From Gammaproteobacteria bacterium (GTDB lineage Bacteria > Pseudomonadota > Gammaproteobacteria > BMS3Bbin11), in assembly GCA_036986095.1 (NCBI GenBank), contig BTQX01000002.1, positions 1 through 38,598 on the forward strand: a DNA stretch of 38,598 bases, written 5' to 3'. Of the stretch, positions 36,085-38,598 are shown in pieces. The position numbers and the translations under genes were made by a program. The notes beneath the pieces were generated by a model. It made no database searches. It was given only the letters and a program-made list of their open reading frames with translations, and had not been told where the DNA came from. Each line of letters opens with the position of its first letter. The stretch's first letter is position 1.

Positions 36085-36113
36085 ACAATAGACATTGAAT
36101 AGAATTTTGTCAA
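36085..36113 (-). promoter_or_regulatory. Candidate sigma-70 promoter for the wHTH regulator
   Basis: The minus strand reads TTGACA (36113-36108), a 17-nt spacer, then TATTGT (36090-36085). It lies 43 nt beyond the distal end of the heptamer tract, so the tract would be transcribed as the 5' leader. Confidence 0.3.
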
Positions 36114-36544
36114 GTTTACGACTACAATAAGAGAAACAGCTGCTCTTGCTTGCTGCTATGTGCGTAAAGGAAAACCTTTGTTACCGAAAACGGCTATAAA
36201 TATTTATCTGTTGGCCACTGAAAATATCAGTGGACATAAGCACAGTATTATCTCGCGGAGCTCGCAGGGGGAGAGTTCATGGGAAAAGCATTTTAAACAT
36301 TTCTAAATCTTCATGCTTTTGCTATCCCGCATTGCTGATTTAATTGTAGAAAACTGGCTTGATACCAGACCTTTGTTTAAATATTTTGTGGCTTATATCC
36401 ACTCGTCAGCTTTCCTGTAGGTTCTGTAAAATACTTAAATAATCCTTAAAAAACAGTTGGCTAACTGGTAAATCTCATCTATTATCTGATAAAGTCTCAC
36501 AAAGACGTGAAAACTATCGAAAAATAAAGTTATACTGATAACAT

Positions 36545-38257
36545 ATGTCCACTCCCGCAACTGCAATGACACTTACTGGTCTGCCACTCCGACTGGTGGG
36601 AAATGGTGTATTCTTCGAGGATGAAGTTCTAAAGCTACTAAAGAGTGTTGAGGGTAAAAAGAAATCTTTTTTTACCGCTGCAATTGAAAAAAAACCCTCT
36701 AAAAATACAGACATCTGCTTCAATGCCGCTGAAGAATATGGCCTGCCGCTGATTGATGTCCGGGCGCTCGACCCTGAAGCTCTCGAAGCAGGGCTATTGA
36801 GCGAAAAAATTATACGCAAACACCAAGTTCTCCCCATCCAGAAACGTGGCAACAAACTCTATGTTGCTATCTCCGATCCCACGAATCTTGCCGTACTGGA
36901 TGAAATCCGCTTCAGTACAGGTACTGCTGTTGAGGCTATCGTCGCTGAACCGACTAGACTGGAAAAACTAATTGATGTATCGCTTGATAAGGCTGATACA
37001 TCGCTGGCCGACCTGGCAGGCCAGGATCTGGATGACATCGATATTGGTGTTAATGAGGATGAATCAAGCGCGGGAGCAGCTGATGAAGCACAAGCTGATG
37101 CCCCGGTAGTACGCTTTGTGAATAAGGTAATTCTTGATGCTGTAAATACTGGCGCATCAGATATCCATATCGAACCTTATGAAAAAACATTCAGAATACG
37201 CTATCGGGTTGATGGTGTATTGCATGTCATTAATACCCCTCCACCTGCCATGGCCAGGCGCCTGGCGGCCCGTATCAAAATTCTATCCAGGCTCGATATC
37301 GCTGAACGCCGAGTCCCACAGGATGGCCGCATGCAAATGCGTTTGTCGAAAAATCGCACTATCGATTTTCGTGTCAGTACCTGTCCAACCATGTACGGGG
37401 AAAAGGTGGTTATTCGCGTCCTTGACCCTTCTGCCACAACCGTAGGGGTAGAAAATCTCGGCTTTGAGCCGGAACAAAAAGAATTATACATGGATGCCAT
37501 TGAACGTCCGGATGGCATGGTGCTGGTAACAGGACCAACGGGCAGTGGTAAAACAGTGACACTCTACACTGCCCTGAGAATACTCAATTCAGATGAAAAA
37601 AATATCTCTACGGTTGAAGACCCGGTAGAAATCAATCTGACAGGCGTAAACCAGGTGCAGATTAATGAGAAGGCAGGTATGCTGTTCGCCACTGCACTGC
37701 GCTCATTCCTGCGTCAGGATCCTGACATCATAATGGTCGGGGAAATACGGGATCTTGAGACGGCTGAAATTGCAATTAAAGCAGCCCAGACAGGGCATTT
37801 AGTACTTTCCACTTTACATACCAATGATGCCCCATCAACCCTTACAAGATTAGTAAATATGGGGGTCCCTGCATTCAACATCGCATCTTCGGTTCACCTT
37901 ATTATTGCCCAGCGGCTAGCCCGCCGCCTATGCACCGTATGCAAGAAAAAAAAGGAATACCCGGAAAGCGTTCTAACAACTGCAGGCTTTAAGCCGGATG
38001 AACTCGAGAGTTTAGAAATATATGAACCCAAAGGCTGTGATAACTGTACAAATGGCTACAAAGGGCGTGTAGGTATTTTCCAGTTACTGCCTCTCTCTGA
38101 CACTATGGCCGAGTTAATAATGAAAGGTGGAAACGAAGCCGACATAACCAGGTTGACTGAGGAAGAGGGCCATGCAAACCTCCGACAGGCTGGACTGGTC
38201 AAAATGCGACAGGGTCTGACAAGCCTGGAAGAAATTGAAAGGGTGACAAACAACTAG
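36545..38257 (+). CDS. pilB: Type IV pilus assembly ATPase PilB (GspE family)
   Basis: 570 aa. Walker A is GPTGSGKT, Walker B/Asp box is DPDIIMVGEIRD, and the His box is TGHLVLSTLHTND. The tetracysteine zinc motif is CTVCKKK ... CDNC. The N-terminal GSPII-type domain includes PIQKRGNKLYVAISDP. Confidence 0.92.
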   Translation: MSTPATAMTLTGLPLRLVGNGVFFEDEVLKLLKSVEGKKKSFFTAAIEKKPSKNTDICFNAAEEYGLPLIDVRALDPEALEAGLLSEKIIRKHQVLPIQKRGNKLYVAISDPTNLAVLDEIRFSTGTAVEAIVAEPTRLEKLIDVSLDKADTSLADLAGQDLDDIDIGVNEDESSAGAADEAQADAPVVRFVNKVILDAVNTGASDIHIEPYEKTFRIRYRVDGVLHVINTPPPAMARRLAARIKILSRLDIAERRVPQDGRMQMRLSKNRTIDFRVSTCPTMYGEKVVIRVLDPSATTVGVENLGFEPEQKELYMDAIERPDGMVLVTGPTGSGKTVTLYTALRILNSDEKNISTVEDPVEINLTGVNQVQINEKAGMLFATALRSFLRQDPDIIMVGEIRDLETAEIAIKAAQTGHLVLSTLHTNDAPSTLTRLVNMGVPAFNIASSVHLIIAQRLARRLCTVCKKKKEYPESVLTTAGFKPDELESLEIYEPKGCDNCTNGYKGRVGIFQLLPLSDTMAELIMKGGNEADITRLTEEEGHANLRQAGLVKMRQGLTSLEEIERVTNN

Positions 38258-38523
38258 TGTTCCTTCAGCCTGATAATGACGGGTTCAGCGTCCCTGTGGT
38301 GTTTCGCAGCAAGGCGCAGTGCGAAGGCAATGGTTATTCCCCTGGCAAGCGCTGGAACGAAGCAGCGAGACGCCACAGGGACGCCCTTTGGGTTAGCTTG
38401 TCAACGCCCATGGACTACGTTGCGCCTCTTGACAAGGGAATAACCATTGCCTGCGAGGCGCGCCTTGCCATGAGCCTTGACAAGCTAACTGAACCCGTCA
38501 TTATCAGGTTGAAGGAGCACTAG
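38254..38523. repeat. Palindromic MITE-like element, family copy E2, inserted at the pilB/pilC junction
   Basis: The 35-bp terminal inverted repeats have 2 mismatches (CTAGTGTTCCTTCAGCCTGATAATGACGGGTTCAG against CTGAACCCGTCATTATCAGGTTGAAGGAGCACTAG). Two internal hairpins are CGTCCCTGTGG.../...CCACAGGGACG and TTAGCTTGTCAA/TTGACAAGCTAA. The family core is at 38418-38467. CTAGTG is present at both junctions. Confidence 0.75.
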
Positions 38524-38598
38524 TGGCTAAAAAACCAGCAGCAAACAAAAAAAAGGCCCAGATATACGTCTGGACTGGCGTTAATCGTTCCGGCAAGA
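38523..38598 (+). CDS. pilC: Type IV pilus platform protein PilC, N-terminal 25 codons (continues beyond the window)
   Basis: GTG start with GGAG 5 nt upstream. VAKKPAANKKKAQIYVWTGVNRSGK matches the PilC N-terminal pattern (basic tail, then F/Y-x-W-x-G-x-N-x-x-G-K). It lies directly downstream of pilB. Confidence 0.6.
   Translation, partial: MAKKPAANKKKAQIYVWTGVNRSGK

Noticed and set aside
36253-36270. CGCGGAGCTCGCAGGGGG as a fourth, degenerate copy of the E-family core
   Set aside because: Only about 14 nt resemble the reverse complement of the core (GCGGCTCGCAGG) and no flanking inverted repeats are present. This is too short to call.
38257-38523. 88-aa ORF between pilB and pilC
   Set aside because: It coincides almost exactly with the palindromic element E2. 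Related repeat copies are read in other frames and strands, so conservation is at the nucleotide level. It has no SD and no recognisable protein features.

Overview
This window looks like a gammaproteobacterial chromosome, based on type IVa pilus genes under PilS/PilR and sigma-54 control, birA-coaX and purE-purK. I saw no rRNA, tRNA, CRISPR array, transposase or integrase.

Gene content, left to right:
- 3' end of a TolC-family outer-membrane factor gene, then an RND efflux pump.
- birA-coaX.
- A GT-C membrane glycosyltransferase convergent with a DPM1-like GT2.
- purE-purK and a SAM methyltransferase.
- A WecB-like 2-epimerase with a second GT-C protein.
- A PP0621-like small zinc-ribbon protein, then pilS and pilR.
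- Two tandem type IVa pilin genes, each with its own sigma-54 promoter.
- A glycan island of about 17 kb that looks AT-richer by eye.
- pilB and the 5' end of pilC.

The island contains two tandem TMTC-like GT-C/TPR membrane proteins and a GtrB/ArnC-class polyprenyl-phosphate glycosyltransferase directly after pilA. It also holds GT4 and GT2 transferases, an FkbM methyltransferase, gmd, and an RmlC-like epimerase / SDR / TylCIII-like C-methyltransferase operon. A Wzx flippase and a wHTH regulator complete it.

Main hypothesis: the island is a pilus-linked periplasmic protein glycosylation system. GT-C/TPR transferases would use a lipid-linked sugar donor, and the glycan may include a C-methylated 6-deoxyhexose.

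Other notable signals:
- A perfect 13-copy heptanucleotide repeat abuts the start codon of the island's regulator, making it a candidate contingency locus.
- A palindromic MITE-like repeat family has three copies. One sits exactly at the pilB stop / pilC start junction and supplies the pilC Shine-Dalgarno sequence.
- A second small repeat family lies upstream of birA.
- A tetO-like operator palindrome lies upstream of the C-methyl sugar operon.

All functional calls come from motifs read by eye. No database searches were run.
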